Part shown: positions 9,319 to 20,114 of the stretch, in pieces
Layout of the letters: the number at the start of each line of letters is the position of its first letter
How positions within the stretch are numbered: the first letter of the stretch is position 1
Origin: a virus
Lineage: Duplodnaviria; Caudoviricetes
Virus record (IMG/VR): IMGVR_UViG_3300005581_002829
Location: 1-63,593 of that record
Strand: one strand, 5' to 3'
DNA length: 63,593 bases
Program-made: the position numbers and the translations under genes
The notes under the pieces: generated by a model
The model's input: only the letters and a program-made list of their open reading frames with translations
Told to the model about the DNA's origin: nothing
The model's database searches: none

Positions 9319-10266
9319 TCACCAAATAAAATTGTGTTTATAATATTTTACTATTTCTTTTAAAGATTTATTGAAATCTGCTACAGGTTTCCATCCTAGA
9401 TTTTTTAATTTAGTATCGTCTATAGAATATCTAACATCCTGGCCTTGACGCTTTTCAGAAAAATCCATATACTTATTATAATCTTTTATCGAACCTTTAA
9501 AGAATATATCTATAGTTTTCTTGGCAACTACAATATTCTGTTCTTCATAGTTGCCCGAGATGTTATAAATTTCATTAACACTTTTAGATTTAATTAAAGT
9601 TATAATTGCGGATGCCGTATCTTCTACATGCAACCAAGTCCTTTTAGGTGTACCATTATCATGCATAACAATAGGTCTTCCTAAAGATAAATGTTTACAT
9701 GCTTTCGGAATAAATTTTTCTACATACTGTCCGATGCCATAATTATTAGTTGGTCTAACAATTAAGTATGGTACTTCATATGTTCTTGCCCAAGCAAGAA
9801 CCAACATATCTGCGGCGGCTTTAGTTGCGGAATAAGGATTACTAGGTTTTAATAAATCTCTTTCAACGTGTGCACCTTGTTCAATATCCCCATATACTTC
9901 ATCTGTACTAAAATGTAAAAGTATAGGTCTTCTTGCTTTTGGTTTTGCTTTAATAAGCTCTAGTATTTTGTGTACACCATTTATGTTACTTTTAAGAAAC
10001 ACTTCAGAACTAACTATGCTATTATCGACATGAGTTTCTGCGGCAGTGTTAATAACATAATCGCAATCAAAAATACAATCTAAATCATTAATATCCGATT
10101 CTAAAAATTTAAACTTAGGATACTTTAATAATGAAGGAAGGAAATTTAAATTGCTAGCATAAGTCTTTTTGTCTACACCAAAAACATAGTGGCCTTCATC
10201 CAAGATTTTTTTAGTTACATGATAACCTATAAACCCCAAACACCCCGTAACATAAAGTATTTTCAT
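9319..10266 (-). CDS. rfbB: dTDP-glucose 4,6-dehydratase
   Basis: TGCLGFIG, AAETHVDNSI, STDEVYG, PYSATKA, RQGQDVRY. Confidence 0.9.
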   Translation of the reverse strand: MKILYVTGCLGFIGYHVTKKILDEGHYVFGVDKKTYASNLNFLPSLLKYPKFKFLESDINDLDCIFDCDYVINTAAETHVDNSIVSSEVFLKSNINGVHKILELIKAKPKARRPILLHFSTDEVYGDIEQGAHVERDLLKPSNPYSATKAAADMLVLAWARTYEVPYLIVRPTNNYGIGQYVEKFIPKACKHLSLGRPIVMHDNGTPKRTWLHVEDTASAIITLIKSKSVNEIYNISGNYEEQNIVVAKKTIDIFFKGSIKDYNKYMDFSEKRQGQDVRYSIDDTKLKNLGWKPVADFNKSLKEIVKYYKHNFIW

Positions 10267-11051
10267 ATATAATCCCCAAATCCTTTTTCCAAACCATCCA
10301 GTTCAATTCCCAAAGTTTTTAACCCGAAACTGCTCCCAGTGTAGTTATTAAAACTAGTACTGATAACTTTGAAGGTTGGTTCCAAGTTACAAACTTTGCA
10401 AAAAAGTTCTAATGCCTCACTAATTTTAATTTTATTTTCATAAACAGCATTAACATCACTGATTGGCCATGCTTGCTTTATATAATAATCAACTACTTTA
10501 CATAAATCATTTATACTAAAATAATCAAAATATCTATCGTTACTAATTTCGATATGTCCTTGTTTTAGAAAACGTGAAAACAATCTTGTTTCTAATTCGC
10601 CATATCCAAAACAATTAAAGATACGAATATTATAAAAGTTATCAGTTTTTGCAGACAATCTTGCCTTTACATTTTGCCCCCAACCGTAACTGTCTTTAGG
10701 CATATGATTAAAAATATCTGATTCTATTACACAATCAATATTTGTGGACCTATCAAACTCCGCACCCGACGCAGTATTAATAAATTTACCAAATAATTCT
10801 CTATTATTATAGAAGTTCATAAAGATACCTAGGTTATTTCTAGCATCGTTTAATGACTCGTCATTAGTCATAATTGCCGCGCAATTAATAATTACATCAA
10901 AGTTTCCTTCTTTTAAAAACATTGTAACCGCATTAGGATTAAGCATATCCAATATGTCCCTAGTTACAGGAGTCACATGGTGATTGCTTATTAAATGTCT
11001 CGCAAGGTTTCGCCCAACAAAACCTTTTGCACCTAACACGGCTATTCTCAT
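10263..11051 (-). CDS. NAD-dependent epimerase/reductase
   Basis: GAKGFVG Rossmann motif, SGAEFD; YxxxK atypical (YGWGQ). Confidence 0.75.
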   Translation of the reverse strand: MRIAVLGAKGFVGRNLARHLISNHHVTPVTRDILDMLNPNAVTMFLKEGNFDVIINCAAIMTNDESLNDARNNLGIFMNFYNNRELFGKFINTASGAEFDRSTNIDCVIESDIFNHMPKDSYGWGQNVKARLSAKTDNFYNIRIFNCFGYGELETRLFSRFLKQGHIEISNDRYFDYFSINDLCKVVDYYIKQAWPISDVNAVYENKIKISEALELFCKVCNLEPTFKVISTSFNNYTGSSFGLKTLGIELDGLEKGFGDYI

Positions 11052-12826
11052 ATCTTAACAATCATCTCCGCGTCAAGCTCTTCCTGACTTAAGAACGGAC
11101 TCATTTCATGTAGACCGCCCTGCTTCCCGTCTGGTTTCATAGCCTGTGCTGGCTGCACGTCTAGTTCGTGCTGACTCATAAACTCAACAATAACAGGATG
11201 ATTTCCGCGCATGACGCCAGACATATATGTGTCTAACCCTTGATTATTAGTTATTTTAAAATAAGGAATTTCAAATGCATCAGCAATTCTAGAAATATCT
11301 GCAAAATATACGCCGGTTGAATTACTAACTCCCCATTGACGTCCGCCGAACATTTTATTTTGTGTTTGTTTAATACTCATATAGCCATCGTTATTAATAA
11401 CAAAAATCTTAACAGGAATATTATGTTGTCTGATTACAGCAAGTTCCTGCATATTAGTATAGAAACTACCTTCTCCAATAACTAACACAATGTTTAGGCT
11501 AGGATCCGCAAAATGAACTCCGACACTCGCGGGTAAAGCATATCCCATATCACCCTGGGCAGATTGAGCCATATAACGACAGTCTTTTTTGTACTTACCG
11601 TTAGTAGAAAGTATGTAACATGGTTGCCCTGCGTCTACAACAAAACAATCTTTCGACTCCATATTACGATTAATACTTTCCACAATTTCATATAGATTTA
11701 ACCCATCTGTATCTGGACGATGAACTTCCGGTTGATATAGCGGCCATTTATTTTTCCAATACAAACATTTATCGGCCCAAGTGTTTAATTTATAATCGCT
11801 CGGGTTACGTTGCATTGTATATAGAAAATCATATACGTTACAATTAATTGCGTTATCAACTTTAAAGATATCTTTTTTAAGTTCACTAGGATCAATATCA
11901 ACCATGATTTTTGTACTATACGGACTAAAGGTTTTTGAATCATATCCTATATGTGTTACGTTCATTGAACAACCTAAAATAAGTAAACAGTCTGCATTTT
12001 GTAATGCAAAATTAGCAGCGCGTGCACCTTTGATGCCCATCATTCCTAAATTTTGATCATGTTCGTATTCAATTAAATCCCTAGAAAGAAATGTCGTAAC
12101 AAAGGGAATATTATATTTATCAACAATATTTCTAAACAATTCTCTAGCATTGCCCAGGGCAATCCCATTGCCTGCCACAATAACAGGGCGTTCAGATTTA
12201 AATAAAACTTGCAAGGCATCCATCACGCCTTCAATGTGTTTAGATGCGTGGTCTATTTTATCCTCAACGTATTCTTCGCAACCTTCTGGAATTTGCGCAG
12301 TCTGTATATTTCCCGGAACATCTATCCACACTGGTCCTGGACGCCCGTCTTGTGCAATGTGTATGGCTTTGGTTAATTCATATGGTATATCTTTAGCATT
12401 TTCTATAGCTATAGAGTATTTACAAATCCCCTCAACTGTTTTAATAGCATCAAGATCTTGAATACCATATTTACGAAGATGTATTCCTTTTTCTTTATTG
12501 ATGTACTTTGCCTGATTAGACATCCCAGTATTTCCACTTAAGAATAATACAGGAGCACTTTCCTCATAAGCATTTAACAAACTAGTCATTGCATTAGTTA
12601 CACCGCAGCCTGCAGTAACATTACAAACACTAAGTTTCTTATTAGTTCTCGCAGATCCTACTGCAGCATGCCCTGCGCCTTGTTCGTGATGAAATGCAAT
12701 ATAGTCAATATTTGGATTGCTGATAAACCCATCATTTAGGCCGGCAGTACTTCCCCCAACTAACCCATATACTTTAGTTACACCTATATCATTTAACTTT
12801 TTAGCAATATAATCACATACTCGCAT
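11048..12826 (-). CDS. Thiamine-diphosphate-dependent enzyme (acetolactate-synthase-like; YerE-type candidate)
   Basis: HHEQGAG, GRPGPVWIDVP, GDMGYALP, GEGSF...NNDGY TPP motif; sugar-gene context. Confidence 0.88.
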   Translation of the reverse strand: MRVCDYIAKKLNDIGVTKVYGLVGGSTAGLNDGFISNPNIDYIAFHHEQGAGHAAVGSARTNKKLSVCNVTAGCGVTNAMTSLLNAYEESAPVLFLSGNTGMSNQAKYINKEKGIHLRKYGIQDLDAIKTVEGICKYSIAIENAKDIPYELTKAIHIAQDGRPGPVWIDVPGNIQTAQIPEGCEEYVEDKIDHASKHIEGVMDALQVLFKSERPVIVAGNGIALGNARELFRNIVDKYNIPFVTTFLSRDLIEYEHDQNLGMMGIKGARAANFALQNADCLLILGCSMNVTHIGYDSKTFSPYSTKIMVDIDPSELKKDIFKVDNAINCNVYDFLYTMQRNPSDYKLNTWADKCLYWKNKWPLYQPEVHRPDTDGLNLYEIVESINRNMESKDCFVVDAGQPCYILSTNGKYKKDCRYMAQSAQGDMGYALPASVGVHFADPSLNIVLVIGEGSFYTNMQELAVIRQHNIPVKIFVINNDGYMSIKQTQNKMFGGRQWGVSNSTGVYFADISRIADAFEIPYFKITNNQGLDTYMSGVMRGNHPVIVEFMSQHELDVQPAQAMKPDGKQGGLHEMSPFLSQEELDAEMIVKI

Positions 12827-12828
12827 TT

Positions 12829-13836
12829 TTAATCCTTTAGCATTTTAAATATATCAATGCATTTCGTTCTAAACTTAAAATCATTTATAAATTGTTGTTT
12901 TTCTAAACCAAAATTAGTTGGAGCAATAATACTTAATTTACCACCAACATTCTTTTTGTCTTTATTCATAGCTTCAAATACTTTATCGAATTCTATATTA
13001 TTTAAAATATCTAAAAATTCTGCATACAGAATGTATAAGATACTATGATATTTATCATACCACTCTTTATTAGTTAACGCATTTGCTAAATCCATTCCTA
13101 TTGCAACAGCTATGCCGTGTGGTATATCATAGTTACTAGCACTTTCTATTGCATGCCCAAAACAATGTCCGTAATTTAATAAATTACGAATACCTTTATC
13201 GAATTCATCTGCCTCAATAAAATATTTTTTGATGAGTAATGCTTTAGCTATATGCTCATCTGTAACTGGTCTAGATGATGCTACTTTAAAAATCTCTTTT
13301 TTATCGCAATTATTAATTATCATAAGTTTAATTAATTCCGACAATCCGCTTTTTATGTCTCGATTTTCTAATGTATTACGAAACTTATTATCAATGTAAA
13401 CATTTCTGGGAGGATTAAATGTACCTAACAGATTTTTATATTGATTAAAATTAATTGAACTTTTACTACCTATACAACTATCCGTTTGCGCAAGTAAAGT
13501 AGTTGGGACAAAACTCCAGGGTATTCCTCTCATAAAAGTTGAAGCAATCCAACAAGTTATATCCTGGGTAATACCTCCACCTATTGCAATCAAATGACTA
13601 TCTCTTCGCATATTCATTTTAACCAAAGTATCTATAATACTATCCGCTGCCTGATAGCTTTTTTCCGATTCGTTCGCATTAATAATAATAGCATTATTTA
13701 AGTTTATATTATAATAGTCTACTACAGTTTTGTCAATAATAAAGTGAGTACCAATTTCAGCAATATTAATAGTATTGATACTACAAAATTCTACGTTATA
13801 ATTACCAAATTTACTTTTTACTTCAAAATCAAGCAC
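12829..13836 (-). CDS. 3-dehydroquinate synthase-like sugar-phosphate cyclase
   Basis: GGGITQD, PTTLLAQTDSCIGSK, LNYGHCFGHAIE, HGIAVAIG. Confidence 0.88.
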   Translation of the reverse strand: MLDFEVKSKFGNYNVEFCSINTINIAEIGTHFIIDKTVVDYYNINLNNAIIINANESEKSYQAADSIIDTLVKMNMRRDSHLIAIGGGITQDITCWIASTFMRGIPWSFVPTTLLAQTDSCIGSKSSINFNQYKNLLGTFNPPRNVYIDNKFRNTLENRDIKSGLSELIKLMIINNCDKKEIFKVASSRPVTDEHIAKALLIKKYFIEADEFDKGIRNLLNYGHCFGHAIESASNYDIPHGIAVAIGMDLANALTNKEWYDKYHSILYILYAEFLDILNNIEFDKVFEAMNKDKKNVGGKLSIIAPTNFGLEKQQFINDFKFRTKCIDIFKMLKD

Positions 13837-14521
13837 AGGTAAATCCCCCGTCGATTACAATATTTTGCCCAGTAATATAACTATTTTGAGTACACAACCA
13901 ATATACATATTCAGAAATATCTGCAGGGTGCCCCAACCTATTAATAGGAACTCTCTCTAGTATTTTTTTAATACCTGCCTCTCCCAAATTTTTTCTCGTA
14001 AGATCAGTATCTATAAAACCTGGACTAACGCAGTTAATACGTATATTATGAGAACCAAATTCTGCAGCTAAGGATTTAGTCATGCCTTCTAATGCAAATT
14101 TATTTGCACTATATGCCGCCCTTCCGGATTTACTTATTTTACTCCAAACGCTAGCAATGTTTACAATATGTCCCCCATTTTCAATCATATGAGGTAATAC
14201 TGCCTGGCATAACCTATATGGTGCATATACATTAACCATATGTTGATCATTCCAATCGTCGGGCGTAATTTCAAGAAAAGGTTTAATACGATTAATACCT
14301 GCATTATTAACTAACGCATCAATTTGCAAATCACTAATTATACTTGCTAACGACTCTACCTGATCCTTTTTAGTAAAATTTGCCTCAAAATAATAATCTA
14401 AATAATCGGGTTTAGCAGTACCCGGTGTACCCGTACCAATAACTTTATGTCCCCCGAGGTGGAATAACCCGGCAATACTTTTACCTATTCCCCGAGTAGC
14501 ACCAGTTACAAGAACTTTCAT
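13829..14521 (-). CDS. Classical SDR oxidoreductase (FabG-like)
   Basis: TGATRGIG, NNAGI, YSANK, PGFIDT. Confidence 0.9.
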   Translation of the reverse strand: MKVLVTGATRGIGKSIAGLFHLGGHKVIGTGTPGTAKPDYLDYYFEANFTKKDQVESLASIISDLQIDALVNNAGINRIKPFLEITPDDWNDQHMVNVYAPYRLCQAVLPHMIENGGHIVNIASVWSKISKSGRAAYSANKFALEGMTKSLAAEFGSHNIRINCVSPGFIDTDLTRKNLGEAGIKKILERVPINRLGHPADISEYVYWLCTQNSYITGQNIVIDGGFTCA

Positions 14522-15327
14522 TGCGCAGTTAAAATTTTCCAACGGTCATCTAACATCTTAATACGCTTGTCATCCTCAGTAAAGATTGAACCATAATAAT
14601 CGCGTTTGTTTTGTAACCACAACAGTTCAAAGCGAACACCGTTTACTAATCCCTGTGCAAGATCAGTGACTTCAGTAGCAGATCCATCAAACACAATCTT
14701 ACGGGTCTCAAAACGTGTTAGATGTATTTGCCGAATTTGTTTTAACACATCAATACTGTCTGAACTTACGCCGCCACCTACAACAATCTCTTGGCCAGCA
14801 TCCTTAGCAATTTGTGCCACGTCTAAAACACATTCAGTGACCTTAGGTAGGTTTATATCATCACGCCCCCATCCTTCTTCGCGGCGACTCATGCTAAAGT
14901 CTACACGACCAAACACCACACCATCGACGCCACCTTCAACAGTTGCCTGCTTGCTCATACCCTCGCGATTAATATAACCGGTGTGTGTTTCTAAGTTATA
15001 TAAAAATTCTGTGCTTTCCTGTTCTTCCTTATTAAAGACTTTATTTTTTGCATCAATAAATTTCCATAAAGCATACGGAGTTTCAATCATAGGCCCAATT
15101 ACATAATCAACACCTATTTGCTTAGCTATCATTAAATCTGTCATAGCCTCGCATCCACCAACCTTAAGTGCAATTTTAAGATCTGCTCGACGAGCTAATT
15201 CTATTAAACGCAATAGCTCATCTACTCTAGTACCTTCTGCTTCAAATTCAGCTTTAACTGCAACATAACCAAATTCATTTTTACCCTTTTTGAGGATATC
15301 TAGCATTTGTCTTTCTTTTAAATTCAT
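14518..15327 (-). CDS. HpcH/HpaI aldolase / citrate lyase family protein
   Basis: KAEFEAEG, KVGGCEA, PMIET, NLET, GRVD. Confidence 0.75.
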   Translation of the reverse strand: MNLKERQMLDILKKGKNEFGYVAVKAEFEAEGTRVDELLRLIELARRADLKIALKVGGCEAMTDLMIAKQIGVDYVIGPMIETPYALWKFIDAKNKVFNKEEQESTEFLYNLETHTGYINREGMSKQATVEGGVDGVVFGRVDFSMSRREEGWGRDDINLPKVTECVLDVAQIAKDAGQEIVVGGGVSSDSIDVLKQIRQIHLTRFETRKIVFDGSATEVTDLAQGLVNGVRFELLWLQNKRDYYGSIFTEDDKRIKMLDDRWKILTAQ

Positions 15328-15391
15328 TTTATTTTCCTTTAATTAAAAATTAAGCGCCAAAATGGCACACGTATTCATTCCCATATATTTA

Positions 15392-16714
15392 CTAACTAAA
15401 TAAACTCATAAATCCATCAACCTGCTCACCTATATAAACAATTTGTTCTGGCGTAATAACAGGACTTGTTCCATGAAAATATGTGTTTGTCATAACCATT
15501 GTTGCTACAGGAAAATTTGCTTTAGCATCTGCAGGATCCATGATATGAGAATACGCAGGTTGTAGCATAATGTTTCCAGCAAAATATGGTCTTGTCTGAA
15601 TAAGTTTTTCTTCTAGATAATCCACAATATCACTTCTTGTAAAAGGAGAACCTTTACGAATAGTTAACGGAAATGCAAACCAACTAGGATCTGAATGTTC
15701 CTGTGGTCTAGGTAAGTGGAAATATTCTTCGTACTTACTATAGATATCAAATAACAGTTTGTAGTTACGTCTACGCAAGAAATGAATCTGATCTAATTTT
15801 TCTAATTGAACCAAACCCATTGCACCTTGCATTTCAATCGGTTTTAGATTGTATCCAATCTCATCATACACATACTTGTGGTCAAATATTTCACCGGGCA
15901 TTGTTGGTATCCATTCTTGGAATCGTTTACCGCAAGTACCACACTTAAGTTTGTTTGCTTCGGGTCCTACACAGTAACAACCTCTACCCCATTCCCTAAA
16001 TGATCTAGCAATAACTTCTGTCTCATAAGTTCTACATGCTACAAAACCACCCTCACCCATAGTCATATGATGAGCAGGATAGAAAGAACACGATGACATT
16101 TCACCATATGAACCTAAAGGTTTACCCTCGTATGTACTACCTAAAGCATCACAGCAATCTTCTAATAAGATTAGGTCATACTTATTAACTAATTCCATAA
16201 CCCAACGCATATTGGGAGGATTACCTAATACATGAGCAAATGTAATTACTTTAATCTTGTGTTGCTTAATTAGTTCTTCTGCTTTAGTTAAATCTAAATT
16301 AAGTGTATCTAATTCAATATCTAAAAATACAGGCTCAAAGCCTAATTGTAGTGTAGGATTTAAGGTAGTAGGAAATCCTGCAATAGGCATTAGCACTTTT
16401 GTTCCCCGAGGTAAATTATATCCTCGTTTAGAAGTTAAGGTTGCTAGCATCAATAGGTTAGAACTAGAACCGGAGTTAGTTAGAATACCATGATTCTTAC
16501 CAAACTGTTTAGGAAATTCTTTTTCAAACTTAAGAGACTTGTCTCCCATTACTAACCATCCGTCAAGCAATGTGTCAAGAACAGACATATATTCATGTTC
16601 ATCAAAATAAGGACCAGCATAATTTACAAAATCTTTTCCGGCTGTCCATTTTTTATTTGCTGCTTTTTCTTGAAAGTATTCAGCAACGCTATTAATTATT
16701 TCTTGTTTGTTCAT
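15392..16714 (-). CDS. rfbH: NDP-4-keto-6-deoxyglucose 3-dehydrase (E1/DdhC/RfbH)
   Basis: NSGSSSNL, FPTTLNP, SFYPAHHMTMGEGG (His in place of the PLP Lys), WGRGCYC...CG Fe-S Cys motif, DHKY. Confidence 0.92.
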   Translation of the reverse strand: MNKQEIINSVAEYFQEKAANKKWTAGKDFVNYAGPYFDEHEYMSVLDTLLDGWLVMGDKSLKFEKEFPKQFGKNHGILTNSGSSSNLLMLATLTSKRGYNLPRGTKVLMPIAGFPTTLNPTLQLGFEPVFLDIELDTLNLDLTKAEELIKQHKIKVITFAHVLGNPPNMRWVMELVNKYDLILLEDCCDALGSTYEGKPLGSYGEMSSCSFYPAHHMTMGEGGFVACRTYETEVIARSFREWGRGCYCVGPEANKLKCGTCGKRFQEWIPTMPGEIFDHKYVYDEIGYNLKPIEMQGAMGLVQLEKLDQIHFLRRRNYKLLFDIYSKYEEYFHLPRPQEHSDPSWFAFPLTIRKGSPFTRSDIVDYLEEKLIQTRPYFAGNIMLQPAYSHIMDPADAKANFPVATMVMTNTYFHGTSPVITPEQIVYIGEQVDGFMSLFS

Positions 16715-17637
16715 GGTTTCCAATAGGCATAATTGCCTTCCATATGTCGTACTTGATCTCTATTTCTTGCTTCATCCTCTTTTAATGGGTATATCCAATG
16801 TTCATTAAAATATTCTGCCCAAACTTTAAATCCTTCTACTTCTGTCCATCTATACCCAAGAATGCCAAATAATAACTGATGCATACCTCCAATTTGTATT
16901 CCTACTTTACCCCGTTTTTTAGCATGTTCTGCATAGATGGGGGATGAACCGGACGAACCTCCAATTAGAACATCGTAGTCATATTTGTCAATTTCTTTTT
17001 TTATGTATTCTACATTATCTAACCAAGTTTCACATCCGGGATATTGTCTATCATCTAATAAAGGGTGGTATGGTGAACGTATACAACCAACCAATTCAAA
17101 CGGAGCAACTAATTCTAAATTATTTCCCCAAATTTTATCGATCTTTTCCCATTGCGATTTGATAGTTTCGCAATGTGTAGATACAACTAATACTTTTTTA
17201 TTTTTTAAATATTTGGTCCAAGGATTTTTTACTTTAAAAGTTCCGCATAATCCACCTCGCAACAAACCGATAGGATCTAATACCATAAGACTATCGTGTC
17301 CAAAGAACATTGGCTTTTCCCCAAATGTGTTTGTAAACCTAGTGTCTCTTTGTATTTCTAAAGAAATATCAACAAATCCTAAAATGTCGCATTCGCTCAT
17401 AACTGTTCGCAACAATGGGGCAATTGTATTAAAATAATATTCACGAGTTCCAGGATTTATACCTCCTTCAAAGGCAAGTGCTCTTTCGCTAAAAAATTCT
17501 GGAGAAAATTGAGTATTATTAAATTCGCATTGTAATACATATCCGGCAGTATTATCCAAACGCAATAACGAAAAAGGTTCATTGGAATTTAATTTTTCAG
17601 AAATTAAATCGTTTAATGAGAAAAAATCTTTAATCAT
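16711..17637 (-). CDS. Hypothetical glycan-cluster protein (possible GT-D-like)
   Basis: PWTKYLKNKKVLVV, GIQIGG..QLLFGI.G.RW pattern seen in polysaccharide loci. Confidence 0.5.
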   Translation of the reverse strand: MIKDFFSLNDLISEKLNSNEPFSLLRLDNTAGYVLQCEFNNTQFSPEFFSERALAFEGGINPGTREYYFNTIAPLLRTVMSECDILGFVDISLEIQRDTRFTNTFGEKPMFFGHDSLMVLDPIGLLRGGLCGTFKVKNPWTKYLKNKKVLVVSTHCETIKSQWEKIDKIWGNNLELVAPFELVGCIRSPYHPLLDDRQYPGCETWLDNVEYIKKEIDKYDYDVLIGGSSGSSPIYAEHAKKRGKVGIQIGGMHQLLFGILGYRWTEVEGFKVWAEYFNEHWIYPLKEDEARNRDQVRHMEGNYAYWKP

Positions 17638-18331
17638 AATATTTTGTTAGTTTATCTTTATCTTGTTTAATGTATGAGAAAGCCTCTTGTATATCTGCGG
17701 GTAGCACCGAATAAAAAGAATGCATTTCCTTTTCTGCTTGATCCTTATTATAATTTGTTCCGGGAGGATGGTCAACAGTATGTTGGTAATCTCGGATAAC
17801 TGGTCGTTGTTTTATAAAACTAAGAGCAGTATAAATTATATCAAAACTCCATCCCATTTTATATGGGGCAAAATCTATACCCCTATTAATAGCTTCATTG
17901 ATAATATCTTTATGAACAAACCAACAAGTACAATCTGGATTTGATACAATCTTAAGATTCAGCTCTTCAATATCAAACTGTAAATCTACCCTTGCAGAAT
18001 CATAAAATGTATAATCTACATTAGGAGCATAAATTCCCCATTCATAGATGTTAAAATATTTTTCTGCATCTTTATATAGTTGCGACCAATTATCATATGA
18101 TGCATCTGCTTGTATGTGAAACAATACATCACCTGTAAACAATTCTATAGCTTTTAAATATTGTGCGGTAAAATAACTGTCCTCACCTATATTATGCCAA
18201 TGGTCATGTTTATGGGTATCGTCACTATTAATAACAATTGGAGTAACACCTATCTCCCTTAATTGTTTTTCTTTTAAAATAGTTTTTTCGTATTGATTTA
18301 CCCAATTAAAAATAAATGTTTGAATAACCAT
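17630..18331 (-). CDS. Hypothetical protein, possible glycosyltransferase
   Basis: Coupled ORF; HIQAD, GIYAP, MGWSFD. Confidence 0.5.
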   Translation of the reverse strand: MVIQTFIFNWVNQYEKTILKEKQLREIGVTPIVINSDDTHKHDHWHNIGEDSYFTAQYLKAIELFTGDVLFHIQADASYDNWSQLYKDAEKYFNIYEWGIYAPNVDYTFYDSARVDLQFDIEELNLKIVSNPDCTCWFVHKDIINEAINRGIDFAPYKMGWSFDIIYTALSFIKQRPVIRDYQHTVDHPPGTNYNKDQAEKEMHSFYSVLPADIQEAFSYIKQDKDKLTKYYD

Positions 18332-19206
18332 TATGTTCTCATATCTAATTTGTTGTATACTACAGAGTCAAACCAATTCAAGAAATTATTTAACATCATA
18401 TGATCTTTGGGAATATTTCCAGATAGTTTAGGAGCAGTTACCATTCTATAGTATAGATCATCGTCTTTATCTATATGCATAACATATTCAATTGCTTCAT
18501 CAAAATTATTAAAGTCATTTACGTTAACAAACGATTGAATATTAAAATCAGATGTTACTGTAGGGCTACCCCAGTAAATAGGAATTGTCTGGGCATAAAA
18601 TGCATGTAGAATTTTTTCAGTAGTATATCCAGGGTGCGAATAGGATTCAAAACAAATATTAAATTTTCTGGAAGAAAGAAAATCTATTTTTGCTTTTTCT
18701 CCGTCTAAAGATTTACCAATGTTATTAAATGCGCCACCACCACTATCTACACGTTTTAATGCATTCAATTTATTAAAGAATTCATTACGTTCTGGGGGTT
18801 TTGGATTTGATATAACAAAGGAACAAAAATTTGTTTTTAATTTAGGTGTATGTTCTCCAAGGATATGATAATACGGATATCCTGTTTCATGAATAATATC
18901 TAGCGCCCACATGTATATTACATACAAAGGCAAACGATAATGCCAATTATTATAATTATGATCAAATGTTATTGCATAGTGGCAATCATAATCTTCTGGT
19001 CGTCTATTTTCTCCGGTATAAAAAATCTTTACACAATCTTTTTTTGTAAATTTTTTATTACTGGTTCCAAAGTTATCGTCTCCAAAAAATAAATAATCTG
19101 GATTATCGTTATCTATTTCTACATCAAATCTATTAGCCAGCAAACTATAGAAAAATTGCATTAAATGATCATGGGTATCGGCAAATCCGAGTTTTAATTT
19201 TCTCAT
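18331..19206 (-). CDS. GT10 alpha-1,3/1,4-fucosyltransferase-like
   Basis: FYTGEN, FCSFVISN, VDSGG, KFNICFES...GYTTEKI, IPIYWGS. Confidence 0.9.
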   Translation of the reverse strand: MRKLKLGFADTHDHLMQFFYSLLANRFDVEIDNDNPDYLFFGDDNFGTSNKKFTKKDCVKIFYTGENRRPEDYDCHYAITFDHNYNNWHYRLPLYVIYMWALDIIHETGYPYYHILGEHTPKLKTNFCSFVISNPKPPERNEFFNKLNALKRVDSGGGAFNNIGKSLDGEKAKIDFLSSRKFNICFESYSHPGYTTEKILHAFYAQTIPIYWGSPTVTSDFNIQSFVNVNDFNNFDEAIEYVMHIDKDDDLYYRMVTAPKLSGNIPKDHMMLNNFLNWFDSVVYNKLDMRT

Positions 19207-20114
19207 ATTAGTATATCATTAAAAGCGTTAGTTATATTTTTCACATCCTCCGAAGTAGGATATTGAGTATTTGCAATAGGAACAGTAATATATTTACATT
19301 TTATATCTAAGCCATTTGACATTGTTTCTTTAATATCATCATATTCGTGATGCTTAGTATTAAAAGATAAAAATTTCTTTTCGGGGTCCATATAATTTTC
19401 ATATGTTTCGCACACCACATATGGTCCAGAATTTTTACCAATTACTACATCACAGAAAGTACTTAGATATGAAATTTCATGCAAGTCGCAATCTTCAACA
19501 GAAATAATATCATTAGTAAATAAAATATTTTCTAGTCCTGTGGTATGAAATTCATTAGTGCAGATAAAATGCGTATCTGGATATTTTTTTGCTGCATCTA
19601 TAATATACTCAGAAAGATTAGATGTTAAAGATTGTCCAGATTGGGGCACATTATTGCAGATTAATACTTTCCGAGTATCTGGATTAGATTCAATGTACGT
19701 ATTAACATTATGAATTTCAAATAGACTATAATCAATAACAGGCAGATATTCTTCTTTAGATTTTAATTGAATATTGGTTTCAAAACATTCGTTAATAGTT
19801 TTAAAAATATTTCCCCATTGCTCATAAAAGGTGTGCATATTAATGCCACCATGCTTACAAAATACATCCCAATTAGCAGCAACCCAAGTATTAATATATA
19901 GTGTATCTTCATCTTGATAAAATATAGAATTTTTATCTAAATTATCAGGTGTCCCGACAGTTGGGATATTTAAATCTAAAAGTAATTTATTTGGATTAGC
20001 ATGTAGATATTCATATTCTACATCTGGCAATTCCTGCATAATTTGACGAATAAACTCTTTATTCGTGTGCAGATCACCTCGATGAAAATGATTAAAGAAA
20101 ACAATCTTAGCCAT
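19203..20114 (-). CDS. Hypothetical protein (GT-B-like candidate)
   Basis: HFHRGD N-terminus, CDVVIGKNSGP. Confidence 0.5.
   Translation of the reverse strand: MAKIVFFNHFHRGDLHTNKEFIRQIMQELPDVEYEYLHANPNKLLLDLNIPTVGTPDNLDKNSIFYQDEDTLYINTWVAANWDVFCKHGGINMHTFYEQWGNIFKTINECFETNIQLKSKEEYLPVIDYSLFEIHNVNTYIESNPDTRKVLICNNVPQSGQSLTSNLSEYIIDAAKKYPDTHFICTNEFHTTGLENILFTNDIISVEDCDLHEISYLSTFCDVVIGKNSGPYVVCETYENYMDPEKKFLSFNTKHHEYDDIKETMSNGLDIKCKYITVPIANTQYPTSEDVKNITNAFNDILI

Noticed and set aside
11048-13836. Reading the ilvB-like and aroB-like genes as amino-acid-biosynthesis auxiliary metabolic genes
   Set aside because: They are embedded among NDP-sugar genes with no other ilv or aro genes; sugar tailoring is more parsimonious
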